Shown here: one piece after another, positions 20,610 to 29,624 of the stretch | Layout: every line of letters starts with the position of its first letter | Numbering within the stretch: the first letter of the stretch is position 1 | Source: a virus | Taxonomy: Duplodnaviria; Heunggongvirae; Uroviricota; Caudoviricetes | Virus record (IMG/VR): IMGVR_UViG_3300042360_000330 | Strand: one strand, 5' to 3' | Length of the DNA stretch: 64,000 nt | Made by a program: the position numbers and the translations under genes | The notes under the pieces: model-generated | Seen by the model: the letters and a program-made list of their open reading frames with translations, nothing else | What the model was told of the DNA's origin: nothing | Databases searched by the model: none

Positions 20610-21318
20610 TCACAATCTTCCTGAATATACTAATTTCTTATATGATGAATTAAAGAAATACCAGACAGATACTCATGATATTTTAATATTCGATAATGCT
20701 AGTTCACCTGAAGGTAAACCTAAAGTTACACATCTAGAAACAGAAGAAAACTGTTACTTTGGAGGAGCTATGAATTTAGCTTTCCAATATGTTTTAGAAA
20801 ATCCTGAATATGATTCTTTATTATTTTTAAGTAATGATCTTATTATACATGGTGATAATTTTGTAGATATACTACGAAAAGAAATGATAGAACAAGACTA
20901 CACAGTATTGTCTCCTTCTGTATTTCAGGTTAGATTAGAAACAGATTTATGGCGTCAAATGCGTAACTATGGAACTAAAAATGTAAGACAAGTACCATGG
21001 GTTGATTTTATGTCTCCATTAATCCATAGAAGATTAATTGAAGAAATTCAACAATTTAGTATGGATTTAGTATATGGGTGGGGATTAGATATATACTCAG
21101 GTATAGTTTGTGAAAAAAAGGATTGGAAAATAGGAATTGTAGATTATATTGCTGTACCTCATTTAGTAGCTAAAACAACTAAAGAGAAAAAAGCAGATAT
21201 TACAATAGAACAATATTGTGAATATGCTTCTAATGGTATGAATCAATTTTTTATGAACAATAATTTAGTACAAGAACAACAAAAAATGATGCATTTAGCT
21301 CAAAGTTATGAAGTATAA
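20584..21318 (+). CDS. glycosyltransferase family 2-like
   Basis: 244 aa; ILIFDNASSPEG GT-A signature. Confidence 0.5.
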   Translation: MKTLVTILNHNLPEYTNFLYDELKKYQTDTHDILIFDNASSPEGKPKVTHLETEENCYFGGAMNLAFQYVLENPEYDSLLFLSNDLIIHGDNFVDILRKEMIEQDYTVLSPSVFQVRLETDLWRQMRNYGTKNVRQVPWVDFMSPLIHRRLIEEIQQFSMDLVYGWGLDIYSGIVCEKKDWKIGIVDYIAVPHLVAKTTKEKKADITIEQYCEYASNGMNQFFMNNNLVQEQQKMMHLAQSYEV

Positions 21319-22183
21319 TACATTAGCAACGTTACATATAATGTGGTATGAAAGTCAAATGATTAATGAAACTCTTGACTCTATACAACAAGCAATATCG
21401 AATGCTCAACATCCTGTACAACTGATTCTATGTTTGAATTCACAAACATATATCGAGAAACCAGATGAAGGTTTTATCCCAGAACAAATGTTTGATGTGT
21501 TTTTAAATCATCCTGTATTAAAAGATGCAATTATACTTAGAAAAACAGATAATGACCCTTTTTACAATATTGGAGATTGGACCAGAGAAATTTATGGACC
21601 CGGATATGAAGCTAAGTATACTGTTTGGTTAGAAAGTGATTGTTTAGTACCTGAAGATTATTTCTTTCTTTTAGAAAATATTAATCTAGATCATCCTCAT
21701 CTTATATCGTTAGCTAATAGAAAAATGTGGGATTCTACTTGGGATGAAGTAGAACACCCTTACATACAACAAATTCCAAGAACAGGACCTCCTGAAGAAC
21801 CTCAAAGAAACACTCCTGAACCTTTTGGAGTAGGACATTATATAAATCAAAAAGATTTAAATAAATTTAACAAACAGTATGAACCTGTTTTAATTAAATT
21901 ATCTCAACCTAAAGTAGATGGCGCTATGGCTGCTGTATCTAATAATTTTCCTTATCCGTTTATAACAGAAGGTGTTCATTTGGGTGGTCATGATTATTAC
22001 ATGGAATTGTTTATGAAAAAGAATAATATTCCTCAATACCATATGCCTACTAGATTAAAAGGACACAATTGTTCACATCCTAAAAAACGATTAGGAACAA
22101 GTACACCAAGAGGAGGAGAAGTATATAAAAAATACGAAAAACAATGTAAAGAACTTATTCATAAATTAATATTTAATACTTAA
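21308..22183 (+). CDS. hypothetical protein
   Basis: 291 aa ORF within the glycan cluster. Confidence 0.5.
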   Translation: MKYNTLATLHIMWYESQMINETLDSIQQAISNAQHPVQLILCLNSQTYIEKPDEGFIPEQMFDVFLNHPVLKDAIILRKTDNDPFYNIGDWTREIYGPGYEAKYTVWLESDCLVPEDYFFLLENINLDHPHLISLANRKMWDSTWDEVEHPYIQQIPRTGPPEEPQRNTPEPFGVGHYINQKDLNKFNKQYEPVLIKLSQPKVDGAMAAVSNNFPYPFITEGVHLGGHDYYMELFMKKNNIPQYHMPTRLKGHNCSHPKKRLGTSTPRGGEVYKKYEKQCKELIHKLIFNT

Positions 22184-22185
22184 AA

Positions 22186-23112
22186 ATGGACAAAAATTCA
22201 AAAATACTAATAACCGGATCTACAGGAATGGTAGGATCCGCTGTTGTTAGAATGTTAAAAGAATTAGGATATAATAACTTACTAACACCTCCTAGAAAAG
22301 AAGTAGATCTAGTAAATCCTCAAGATGTACAAGCATACTTCGCATACCATAAACCAGAATATGTTTTCTTAATAGCTGCTAAAGTAGGAGGAATACATGC
22401 TAATATGACTTACAGAGCTGATTTTATTTTTGATAATTTAATGATGCAAAGTAATACTATAAATGCTTGTAAAGAAAATAATGTTAAAAAAGTATTATTT
22501 GTTAGTAGTGGTTGTGTTTATCCAAAATATGCTGAAAATCCTATTAGTGAAGATGCAATGTTAACAGGATTATTAGAACCTTCTAATGAACATTACTCAA
22601 TAGCTAAAATAGCAGGTATAAAAATGTGTGAAGCTTATAATATGCAATATGGTTTAGATTATGCTGTTGTAATACCAAATAACATTTATGGTCCTGGAGA
22701 CAATTATCACCCTGAAAATTCTCATGTTATGGCTTCTTTAATTAGAAAATTTCATGAAGCTAAGCAAAACGGAACTGATGTTGAGATATGGGGAAGTGGA
22801 AAACAAATGAGAGAGTTTGTCTATGTAGAAGATGTTGCAAAAGCATGTGTCTCTTTAATAGATAGTTCGTACATTGGGGCTTACAATTGCAGTAGCGAAC
22901 ATGAAATTACTATAAAAGATTTAGCTGAATTAGTAGCTGAAATTTTAGAATTTAAAGGTAATATTGTGTATAATACTGATAAGCCTGAAGGACACCCAAG
23001 AAAAGGATTCTCATGTGCTAAATTAAAACAAACAGGATGGGATGCCTCAACATCATTGAGAGAGGGTATTCAATTAGCATATGAATGGTATAAACAAAAT
23101 TTAAATAAATAA
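22186..23112 (+). CDS. fcl: GDP-L-fucose synthase (GDP-4-keto-6-deoxy-D-mannose 3,5-epimerase/4-reductase) or the homologous colitose synthase ColC
   Basis: 308 aa; KILITGSTGMVGSAV, AAKVGGI, YSIAKIAG (YxxxK), NSHV... colinear with E. coli Fcl. Confidence 0.85.
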   Translation: MDKNSKILITGSTGMVGSAVVRMLKELGYNNLLTPPRKEVDLVNPQDVQAYFAYHKPEYVFLIAAKVGGIHANMTYRADFIFDNLMMQSNTINACKENNVKKVLFVSSGCVYPKYAENPISEDAMLTGLLEPSNEHYSIAKIAGIKMCEAYNMQYGLDYAVVIPNNIYGPGDNYHPENSHVMASLIRKFHEAKQNGTDVEIWGSGKQMREFVYVEDVAKACVSLIDSSYIGAYNCSSEHEITIKDLAELVAEILEFKGNIVYNTDKPEGHPRKGFSCAKLKQTGWDASTSLREGIQLAYEWYKQNLNK

Positions 23113-23113
23113 T

Positions 23114-23989
23114 ATGATAACTTACGCATTATCAACATTTAACACATTAAACTATTTAAAACTAGCAGTACACTCGGCAAGAGAAAATGGATACTATAAA
23201 GATGCTCCATTTGTAATACATGCTGAAAATTGTACTGACGGTACTGATGAATGGTTAGAAGAAAATAAAGAACGATATAATTTAAAAATTTACATTGAAA
23301 AAAATGAAACACCTCGAGGAATAGGTGGTGGAATGAATTTCTGTGCTAATAAAGTTAAAACTAAATATATTGGATTTTTATCTTCAGATTTTTACATGGC
23401 TAAAAATTGGGATAAAGAATTAGTAGATATATGTGAAAATAACCCACAAGACAAAATATGGTCATTTAGCTACAGAGTAGAACCAGATATATTTAATGAT
23501 CCTAACAGTAGACCAGGAGTAATAAAAGTTCCAGTTGATGCATTTGGTGAATTTCATCATAACTTTAATGGTGATTTCTTTACAGAATGGAGTAATGAAT
23601 TCGCTGCTTCAAATGATATAATATTTGATGTTCCTCAAGGAGTAAGTGGTGTCATTAAAAAAGAAGATTGGGATTATATTGGTGGAAACGACGATAGATT
23701 TGCACCAATGTATTGGGAAGATGCCGATATCTTTATTAGAATGTTGAATGAAGGATTTAAATTTAAATTAACTAGCAAATCAGTATTATATCATTTTGCT
23801 TCTAGAACAAGTAGATTTCCTGATGACAATTTAAATCAAAGACCTGCTCATTTAGCAGCATATGAACAAAGAAGTTTACAACGTTTTATAGAAAAATACG
23901 GAAAATTACCATCACATGGACCTTTAGGACAATACTTTCCTATGCCTATCGCAGATGGTTCACCAAACAGAATAAATCAAAATAACTAA
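23114..23989 (+). CDS. putative glycosyltransferase (GT-A)
   Basis: 291 aa; acidic WEDADIF motif; position in cluster. Confidence 0.4.
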   Translation: MITYALSTFNTLNYLKLAVHSARENGYYKDAPFVIHAENCTDGTDEWLEENKERYNLKIYIEKNETPRGIGGGMNFCANKVKTKYIGFLSSDFYMAKNWDKELVDICENNPQDKIWSFSYRVEPDIFNDPNSRPGVIKVPVDAFGEFHHNFNGDFFTEWSNEFAASNDIIFDVPQGVSGVIKKEDWDYIGGNDDRFAPMYWEDADIFIRMLNEGFKFKLTSKSVLYHFASRTSRFPDDNLNQRPAHLAAYEQRSLQRFIEKYGKLPSHGPLGQYFPMPIADGSPNRINQNN

Positions 23990-23990
23990 T

Positions 23991-24956
23991 ATGAGTAAAG
24001 TTGCATTAATTACAGGCATAAATGGAATGGATGGAAGTCATTTAGCCGACTTTCTATTAAAAAAAGGATACACAGTATATGGTTTAGAAAGACGTAGCTC
24101 TGGAGAAAACAGAAATAATGTTGCCCATATTGAAAATGAAATTAACTTTATTAAAGGTGATTTAACAGATCAAAATTCACTATTAAGAGCATTAAAAGAA
24201 TCTCAACCTGATGAAGTATATAATCTAGCCGCTCAATCATTTGTTGGTGAAAGTTGGAATACACCTGAACAAACAAGCGATGTAACCGGATTAGGAGTAT
24301 TAAGAATGTTAGAAGCAATTCGCGAATATGGTTCGGACAAAATTAAATTCTACCAAGCATCATCTTCAGAAATGTTTGGACGTATGGTAGAAAATCCTGC
24401 TAGAGAAACTACTCCATTTTACCCACGTTCACCTTATGGTGTTGCTAAATTATATGGACATTGGATAACTAAAAATTACAGAGAGTCTTACGACATGTTT
24501 GCTTGTTCTGGAATATTATTCAATCATGAATCCGAAAGACGTGGTTTAGAATTTGTAACTAGAAAAATAACTAATGGTGTTGCTAAAATTCATTTAGGAT
24601 TAGCAGATCATATATCATTAGGTAACCTAGATGCAAAACGTGATTGGGGTTATGCTCCTGATTATGTTGAGGCAATGTGGCTAATGTTACAACAAGATAA
24701 TCCTGAAGATTATGTTATAGCAACTGGTGACACATGGTCTATTAGAGATTTTTTAGATGAAGCATTCTTAGTAGTAGGAATAGCAGATTGGGAACCATAC
24801 ATTAAAATTGATCCTAAATTTATGAGACCTGCTGAAGTAGATATATTAATTGGAGATTGTACTAAAGCAAAAACAGAATTAAATTGGAATCCAAAAACCA
24901 GTTTTAAAGATATGGTACACATAATGGTTAACAACGATATAAAATTACTTAAATGA
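23991..24956 (+). CDS. gmd: GDP-mannose 4,6-dehydratase
   Basis: 321 aa; MSKVALITGINGMDGSHLADFLL, YNLAAQSFVGESW, FYQASSSEMFG, SPYGVAKLYGHWIT; near-colinear with E. coli Gmd. Confidence 0.9.
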   Translation: MSKVALITGINGMDGSHLADFLLKKGYTVYGLERRSSGENRNNVAHIENEINFIKGDLTDQNSLLRALKESQPDEVYNLAAQSFVGESWNTPEQTSDVTGLGVLRMLEAIREYGSDKIKFYQASSSEMFGRMVENPARETTPFYPRSPYGVAKLYGHWITKNYRESYDMFACSGILFNHESERRGLEFVTRKITNGVAKIHLGLADHISLGNLDAKRDWGYAPDYVEAMWLMLQQDNPEDYVIATGDTWSIRDFLDEAFLVVGIADWEPYIKIDPKFMRPAEVDILIGDCTKAKTELNWNPKTSFKDMVHIMVNNDIKLLK

Positions 24957-25993
24957 TATCATTAATTATACCAGCAACAACATCTAATCAACATTACACT
25001 GATAATTTAGTTCGTAATATTAGAGATCTTTATCCTAATGAAGATGAAGTTGAAATTATAGTTGAAGTAAACGACAATGTTACTCTAGGAGTAAATCATA
25101 ATAATGCTGTTGAAAAAGCTAATGGTGAAAAAATCATTATCCTTCATAATGACATGGTGTTATCTAAAGGTTTCATTGAAACTATGGATAAACACATCGT
25201 TAAAGGCAGAATAACGACGTATACTCGCATAGAACCCCCTATATACACAGATATATACCCTGGAAAAGTCATCGCAGATTTTGGCTCAGATTTAGAAACA
25301 TTTAATAAAGAAAAATTTAATACCTTTAGTTTAGAAGAAAGCTTAGTTGATGGTGGTTCACAACTATTCTTTGGTTGTATGAAAGAAGATTACATTGGTA
25401 TTGATGGATATACTTTTAAAATGTTCTGTGAGGATGATGATTTTCATTTACGTTGTAAATTAGCAGGATTTGAACAAAAAGTATCATCAGCTTATGCTTA
25501 TCATTTTGTAAGTAAGACATCCAGAACTACAAAAGATTATCAACAAATTGAAAAGAATTCAAATCGTAACTTTATTAGAAAATGGGGTTCTAGAAACCCA
25601 GTTGCAAAATATAATATTGCTTATGTCGTTCATAACTGTCAATTAACAGCATTAGAAACATTAGAATTATTCTGTGATAGAATATATGTAACTGAAAATT
25701 TCAATGTTGGTAGAATGTGGGATTATGTTGAATTAGAACAAGAAAATACAACATTTGATTTATCAAAACGAGTATTAACTATAAAAAATAATGACCCAAT
25801 ATTAGAAAATGATATTGTAGTTGAATTCGATTTATTAAAGTTCTCTCCTGAATCATTTAATATTCTTCAACAATTACCTCAAATACTTAAAGAAAGTGGT
25901 GAACCGGGTACATTTGAATTAGATATATTTAAGATTACTATTGCTTCAATGCCTGAATACCAAAATGATTTAATATTTATATCAAAACAATAA
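24953..25993 (+). CDS. glycosyltransferase family 2
   Basis: 346 aa; LIIPATT N-terminus, HNDMVL, DxD-like CEDDDFHLRC. Confidence 0.55.
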   Translation: MISLIIPATTSNQHYTDNLVRNIRDLYPNEDEVEIIVEVNDNVTLGVNHNNAVEKANGEKIIILHNDMVLSKGFIETMDKHIVKGRITTYTRIEPPIYTDIYPGKVIADFGSDLETFNKEKFNTFSLEESLVDGGSQLFFGCMKEDYIGIDGYTFKMFCEDDDFHLRCKLAGFEQKVSSAYAYHFVSKTSRTTKDYQQIEKNSNRNFIRKWGSRNPVAKYNIAYVVHNCQLTALETLELFCDRIYVTENFNVGRMWDYVELEQENTTFDLSKRVLTIKNNDPILENDIVVEFDLLKFSPESFNILQQLPQILKESGEPGTFELDIFKITIASMPEYQNDLIFISKQ

Positions 25994-25995
25994 TA

Positions 25996-26409
25996 ATGGA
26001 AAGTATTAGTATATTAGACGAATTAAAATTATTCTTAGAAGCAGAAGGAGAAGATGCAATTACACCTGAAGAGGCAGCTATTGAATCAGATATGGAAAAT
26101 CCTAAAACACCTAAATTAAAATTAGATGTTAATCCAAATCCAACTAAAAAAGGAATAAAAGTACAATTTATATTACCTAAAGGATATAGTGTATCTCAAA
26201 AAGAAGAATTAACTCAAAAACTAAAAACAAAACTTAACAATGGTCTAGAACCTCATATGTTAAGTGTAGATGTTGATTTAGATGTTCCCTATGAAAACGT
26301 AATAGGATTCTTAATTAGATTAAGTAACATTAAAATGTTAATCAAATCAGCATTGGAAGGAGGAACTCAAGCACCCAGCACAAACGACACATTACCAGAA
26401 GAAGTATAA
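25996..26409 (+). CDS. hypothetical acidic protein
   Basis: 137 aa ORF. Confidence 0.5.
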   Translation: MESISILDELKLFLEAEGEDAITPEEAAIESDMENPKTPKLKLDVNPNPTKKGIKVQFILPKGYSVSQKEELTQKLKTKLNNGLEPHMLSVDVDLDVPYENVIGFLIRLSNIKMLIKSALEGGTQAPSTNDTLPEEV

Positions 26410-26411
26410 AC

Positions 26412-26762
26412 ATGGCTAGAAAAAAAATTCCTAATTTAAACGTACGCTTAGGATTTGGAGCTAATTTAAACACGCTCCATAAAAATCCTCAAATACAAGA
26501 GTTAATTTATACTAACTTAGTTTTAGGAATTAAAGATGCCAATAATTCTAATAAGAACGAAGCTACTATTGTTGAATTACATTCAAGTGGTAATTACGTT
26601 CAAATTCATAGAAGTAAATGGAAAGAATCTTTAGAAAAAGCTCAAAAATATTATTCTGATTTAGAAAGATATGAAATTTGTAGTGATATACAAAAATTAA
26701 TAGAATCAATTGACAGTTATGGAACCGAACGACTACATAGAACATCTTCAAGAGCAAATTAA
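26412..26762 (+). CDS. hypothetical protein
   Basis: 116 aa ORF. Confidence 0.5.
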   Translation: MARKKIPNLNVRLGFGANLNTLHKNPQIQELIYTNLVLGIKDANNSNKNEATIVELHSSGNYVQIHRSKWKESLEKAQKYYSDLERYEICSDIQKLIESIDSYGTERLHRTSSRAN

Positions 26763-27144
26763 CCAAATAATAGGGGTTAAAAGTACTTTAAAACGTCGTA
26801 GAAAAAATCGAGAAGATATTCAACGAACTATATTTCTTAATGTTATTCCGTTATTAGAGCATGCTATTAATAGAGGAACAATATTGGAAAGTGATTTTAA
26901 TATTGATGTTACTAAATATGAAGAATTATTCTATCAAATTATAGATAGTTTAATTTATTTACATTTTGATCCCAAAGCAGCAGAGGTTATACTGTTCTAC
27001 TTATATGAACGATTCAACCCAGATGGAACGGCAAACCCAGTATTGGACGCTAATGGAAATGAAGTTATGTTAGAGACTACAGAAGATTTATGGAATTTAG
27101 TACAATTTATTGAAACTAATCCTAAAAAGAAAAATAATGCCTAA
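26710..27144 (+). CDS. hypothetical protein
   Basis: 144 aa ORF; start may lie at a downstream ATG. Confidence 0.45.
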   Translation: MTVMEPNDYIEHLQEQINQIIGVKSTLKRRRKNREDIQRTIFLNVIPLLEHAINRGTILESDFNIDVTKYEELFYQIIDSLIYLHFDPKAAEVILFYLYERFNPDGTANPVLDANGNEVMLETTEDLWNLVQFIETNPKKKNNA

Positions 27145-27787
27145 AGCAAAGCCGTTAAGTAAGGAAGATATTGTCCGTGCGATGAAATATACTAAATCTA
27201 ATCGTGCTGCCGCAAAATATTTAGGTGTTTCATATCAGCATTATAAACCTTGGGCTAAACGTTATAAAATAAATGATGGTGATATAGAAGCATTAAATCT
27301 ATTTGACCTTCATAAAAACCAATCAGGAAAAGGAATACCTAAGTATCTTCCTAATAAACGAAAAGATCCTAATGTTAGGAACATAGTAGAAACTGGAACA
27401 GGTTGGGAATCATTTACTCCTGAAAAGATTAAATCTAGATTAATAGCTGAAGCGTTTCTACAAGATGAATGTTGTAGTTGTGGTTTTCATGAACGTAGAA
27501 TAACAGATTATAAGACACCTTTATTATTAAATTTTAAAGATGGAAACAAATGTAATTATCTTTTAGATAATCTAGAATTAATATGTTATAATTGTTATTT
27601 TCTCTATGTGGCTGATCCTCTAACACTAAATCAAGTAAGACATATTGAAGATAATACAGAAGTTAAAGAAGTAGCACACAGTTGGGATTTAAACCCAGAA
27701 CAAATAGAAAATATGAAATCATTGGGGCTATGGACACAAGAAGAACCTAAAGAACCTGGTTCTGAGTTTATAGCTTATAAAAATTAA
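27137..27787 (+). CDS. HNH-type endonuclease with N-terminal HTH (putative homing endonuclease)
   Basis: Start at ATG 27137 (MPKAKPLSKEDIVRAMKYTKSNRAAAKYLGVS = HTH); C-terminal CCSCGFHE...NLELICYNCY zinc-finger/HNH-like motif. Confidence 0.5.
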   Translation: MPKAKPLSKEDIVRAMKYTKSNRAAAKYLGVSYQHYKPWAKRYKINDGDIEALNLFDLHKNQSGKGIPKYLPNKRKDPNVRNIVETGTGWESFTPEKIKSRLIAEAFLQDECCSCGFHERRITDYKTPLLLNFKDGNKCNYLLDNLELICYNCYFLYVADPLTLNQVRHIEDNTEVKEVAHSWDLNPEQIENMKSLGLWTQEEPKEPGSEFIAYKN

Positions 27788-27816
27788 ATATTTATTAACA
27801 CAAACAAATTAAGATT

Positions 27817-28029
27817 ATGAACGAAAACAAGTATTACATCGTTAAAGTTGAATTTCAGTCAATTGACGATAAAGGAAAAACAAAAAGACAAAAATTAGAT
27901 TATTTAGTAGATGCTGTATCTGTAACAGAAGCAGAAGCTAAAATAACAGGATGGTTAGTTGAAAGAAACGAAAGAAATTTTGAAATTAAAGCCGCGATAA
28001 CATCTCCTATCGTATATGTAATAGAATAA
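27817..28029 (+). CDS. small hypothetical protein
   Basis: 70 aa ORF. Confidence 0.45.
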   Translation: MNENKYYIVKVEFQSIDDKGKTKRQKLDYLVDAVSVTEAEAKITGWLVERNERNFEIKAAITSPIVYVIE

Positions 28030-28030
28030 A

Positions 28031-28180
28031 ATGGAAGAAAATTTATGTGATAACTGTAAAGCCCATCTTTCATGTGGGTGTCAACGACGAACAGCTTCTA
28101 ATGGGCAATCGTGTTGTGATGGGTGTATAGCTGATTATGAAGCAAGATTAATAGCTACTCAACCTATTTCTCCAAGATAA
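28031..28180 (+). CDS. Cys-rich mini-protein (49 aa)
   Basis: MEENLCDNCKAHLSCGCQRR...CCDGCIADYE: 9 Cys in 49 aa; below ORF-track cutoff. Confidence 0.35.
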   Translation: MEENLCDNCKAHLSCGCQRRTASNGQSCCDGCIADYEARLIATQPISPR

Positions 28181-28442
28181 TTTGGATACCTAAAAGAAAA
28201 TTCATATATTTACAAAAGAAGTTAAGGTTTTTAATTTCTGTATATATTTATAGACATAAAATAATAAAATGACAACAATTCAAAACATGCATCAATTTAA
28301 TAGCGCAACGCTGAGACCAATACAAACGTGGTCGGATTCGTTATGTGGTGATGTCATTTTAGGCTTTAGTGCGTATAATAACGAACCGAAACAAGGTAAG
28401 ACCGGGGTATGATATAGTTAAACACATATATAACATAAATCA

Positions 28443-28480
28443 AGACTCGGATCAAAATAAAAGATTCGAGTCTTTTTTTT
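28443..28480 (+). terminator. rho-independent terminator hairpin (AAGACTCG...CGAGTCTT + T8)
   Basis: 8-bp stem followed by tttttttt. Confidence 0.6.
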
Positions 28481-28508
28481 AAAATAAATTTGATTACCTA
28501 AGACAGTA

Positions 28509-28535
28509 ATCGTAATTTTACAAAAGAGTTCATTG
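28509..28535 (+). promoter_or_regulatory. promoter-like box (TCGTAATTTTACAAAAG) driving the tRNA array
   Basis: Copy of the recurrent TTCGTA-N-TTTA motif placed about 25 nt upstream of the first tRNA. Confidence 0.45.
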
Positions 28536-28557
28536 ACATATTGGATAAAGTTAAAAG

Positions 28558-28641
28558 GGAAGACATCCGGCTGGATCAGGAGCGACTCTTGAAAAGTCGT
28601 AGCAGGTAACACTGTTGTGGGTTCGAGTCCCACGTCTTCCT
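28558..28641 (+). tRNA. tRNA-Ser(TGA)
   Basis: Acceptor GGAAGAC/GTCTTCC, anticodon arm CGACT-cttgaaa-AGTCG, long variable arm, T-arm GGGTTCGAGTCCCAC. Confidence 0.75.
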
Positions 28642-28647
28642 CAATAT

Positions 28648-28719
28648 TGGCTTATAGTGTAACGGTTAGCACAAAACACTTTGACTGTTTTAGTCTAGGT
28701 TCGAATCCTAGTAAGCCAA
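28648..28719 (+). tRNA. tRNA-Gln(TTG)
   Basis: Acceptor TGGCTTA/TAAGCCA, loop ctttgac, T-arm TAGGTTCGAATCCTA. Confidence 0.7.
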
Positions 28720-28728
28720 CAATAATTT

Positions 28729-28804
28729 CTGGTAGTAGAGGAGTCCGGTCTATCTCGCTCGCCTTGGACGCGAGAGCACGCAAGTTCGAATCTTGCCTAC
28801 CAGA
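28729..28804 (+). tRNA. tRNA-Pro(TGG)
   Basis: Acceptor CTGGTAG/CTACCAG, anticodon arm CTCGC-cttggac-GCGAG, T-arm GCAAGTTCGAATCTTGC. Confidence 0.6.
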
Positions 28805-28810
28805 CAAATT

Positions 28811-28883
28811 GCCTTCGAAGCTCATGTGGACGGGCACCGGGCTTTTAACTCGGGGGTAGTTGGTTCGAGGCCAACCGGGGGTA
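28811..28883 (+). tRNA. tRNA-Lys(TTT)
   Basis: Acceptor with 3 G-U pairs (GCCTTCG/CGGGGGT), anticodon arm CCGGG-cttttaa-CTCGG, T-arm GTTGGTTCGAGGCCAAC. Confidence 0.6.
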
Positions 28884-28931
28884 CAATCAAGTGGTTAATA
28901 CTAAACAATGGATTACAAAGGAAGTATATTT

Positions 28932-29002
28932 GCCTCGTTGGCGTAATGGGAGCGTATTTCTTTTACATGGAAATGGCAGTAGTTCGATTCTACTACGAGG
29001 TA
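28932..29002 (+). tRNA. tRNA-Val(TAC)
   Basis: Acceptor GCCTCGT/ACGAGGT (G1-U72), anticodon arm TTTCT-tttacat-GGAAA, T-arm AGTAGTTCGATTCTACT. Confidence 0.6.
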
Positions 29003-29010
29003 CAAAAATT

Positions 29011-29091
29011 GGGGACTAAAAGTCGTTCGGATACGACAGCGGGACTGTAAATCTCGTCCAATTGGGAGTGGTTCGAGTCCACTAGGCCCCA
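29011..29091 (+). tRNA. tRNA-Tyr(GTA)
   Basis: Anticodon arm CGGGA-ctgtaaa-TCTCG, extended variable arm, T-arm AGTGGTTCGAGTCCACT; one acceptor mismatch. Confidence 0.55.
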
Positions 29092-29096
29092 CAATT

Positions 29097-29169
29097 GGAC
29101 CTTTGGTATAGCTGGTGCGTACGCTAGTCTGAAGAACTAGAGGAGTAGGTTCGATTCCTACAGGGTCCA
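29097..29169 (+). tRNA. tRNA-Phe(GAA)
   Basis: Acceptor GGACCTT/AGGGTCC, anticodon arm CTAGT-ctgaaga-ACTAG, T-arm GTAGGTTCGATTCCTAC. Confidence 0.75.
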
Positions 29170-29174
29170 CAACC

Positions 29175-29246
29175 GGGTTTGTCGTATAAAGGTTATTACG
29201 GATGACTGTTAATCATCTTATGGAGGTTCGATTCCTCCCAGGCCCG
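29175..29246 (+). tRNA. tRNA-Asn(GTT)
   Basis: Anticodon arm GATGA-ctgttaa-TCATC, T-arm GGAGGTTCGATTCCTCC. Confidence 0.7.
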
Positions 29247-29254
29247 CAAAAATT

Positions 29255-29326
29255 GCTCCTATAGTAGAATGGTTAGCACACATCTCTGATAAGGATGAAA
29301 TGGAAGTTCAATTCTTCCTAGGAGTA
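29255..29326 (+). tRNA. tRNA-Ile(GAT)
   Basis: Acceptor GCTCCTA/TAGGAGT, anticodon arm CATCT-ctgataa-GGATG, T-arm GGAAGTTCAATTCTTCC. Confidence 0.7.
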
Positions 29327-29334
29327 CAAAAAAT

Positions 29335-29454
29335 GGTTCCTAAGATGAGGGTTTGTATTAGCGCTAAATGATACAACTCTGAACTTTAGCATAATGGTTT
29401 GCGATTCTGTTTAGCGATGGAATGGAAGAGTGGGTTCGACTCCTACAGGAATTA
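29335..29454 (+). ncRNA. tRNA-like element of unresolved structure (120 nt between acceptor halves; possible intron-containing or degenerate tRNA)
   Basis: Canonical T-arm GTGGGTTCGACTCCTAC plus 3' acceptor AGGAATT pairs with GGTTCCT 120 nt upstream. The interior has a GCTAAA...TTTAGC hairpin and a GTTT(G/A)GCGAT direct repeat; no standard anticodon arm found. Confidence 0.35.
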
Positions 29455-29460
29455 CAAAAT

Positions 29461-29545
29461 GGAAAGTAAACTAACGAGGTGTTAGGATGCCCTGCTAAGG
29501 CAATCGCTCGATAAAACGGGTTCGTTTCGAATACGATGCTTTCCT
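29461..29545 (+). tRNA. tRNA-Ser(GCT)
   Basis: Acceptor GGAAAGT/GCTTTCC, anticodon loop ctgctaa, long variable arm, non-standard T-loop TTCGAAT with 4-bp stem. Confidence 0.5.
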
Positions 29546-29550
29546 CAAAC

Positions 29551-29620
29551 GCCGACTTGATCAGGTGATCGAAAATATCTCATAAGTATTTTCAGAGTGG
29601 ATCGTTACCACTAGTCGGTA
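29551..29620 (+). tRNA. tRNA-Met/Ile2(CAT)
   Basis: Acceptor GCCGACT/AGTCGGT, anticodon arm AATAT-ctcataa-GTATT, unusual T-loop ATCGTTA. Confidence 0.5.
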
Positions 29621-29624
29621 CAAA

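Noticed and set aside
28617-29170. Overlapping ORFs 28617-28859, 28652-28837 (-), 28793-29050, 28913-29170 (-) and 30910-31128
   Set aside because: They are translated straight through consecutive tRNA genes (Ser, Gln, Pro, Lys, Val, Tyr, Phe; Cys, Leu). Arg/Gly-rich products are typical of spurious ORFs over GC-richer tRNA DNA.
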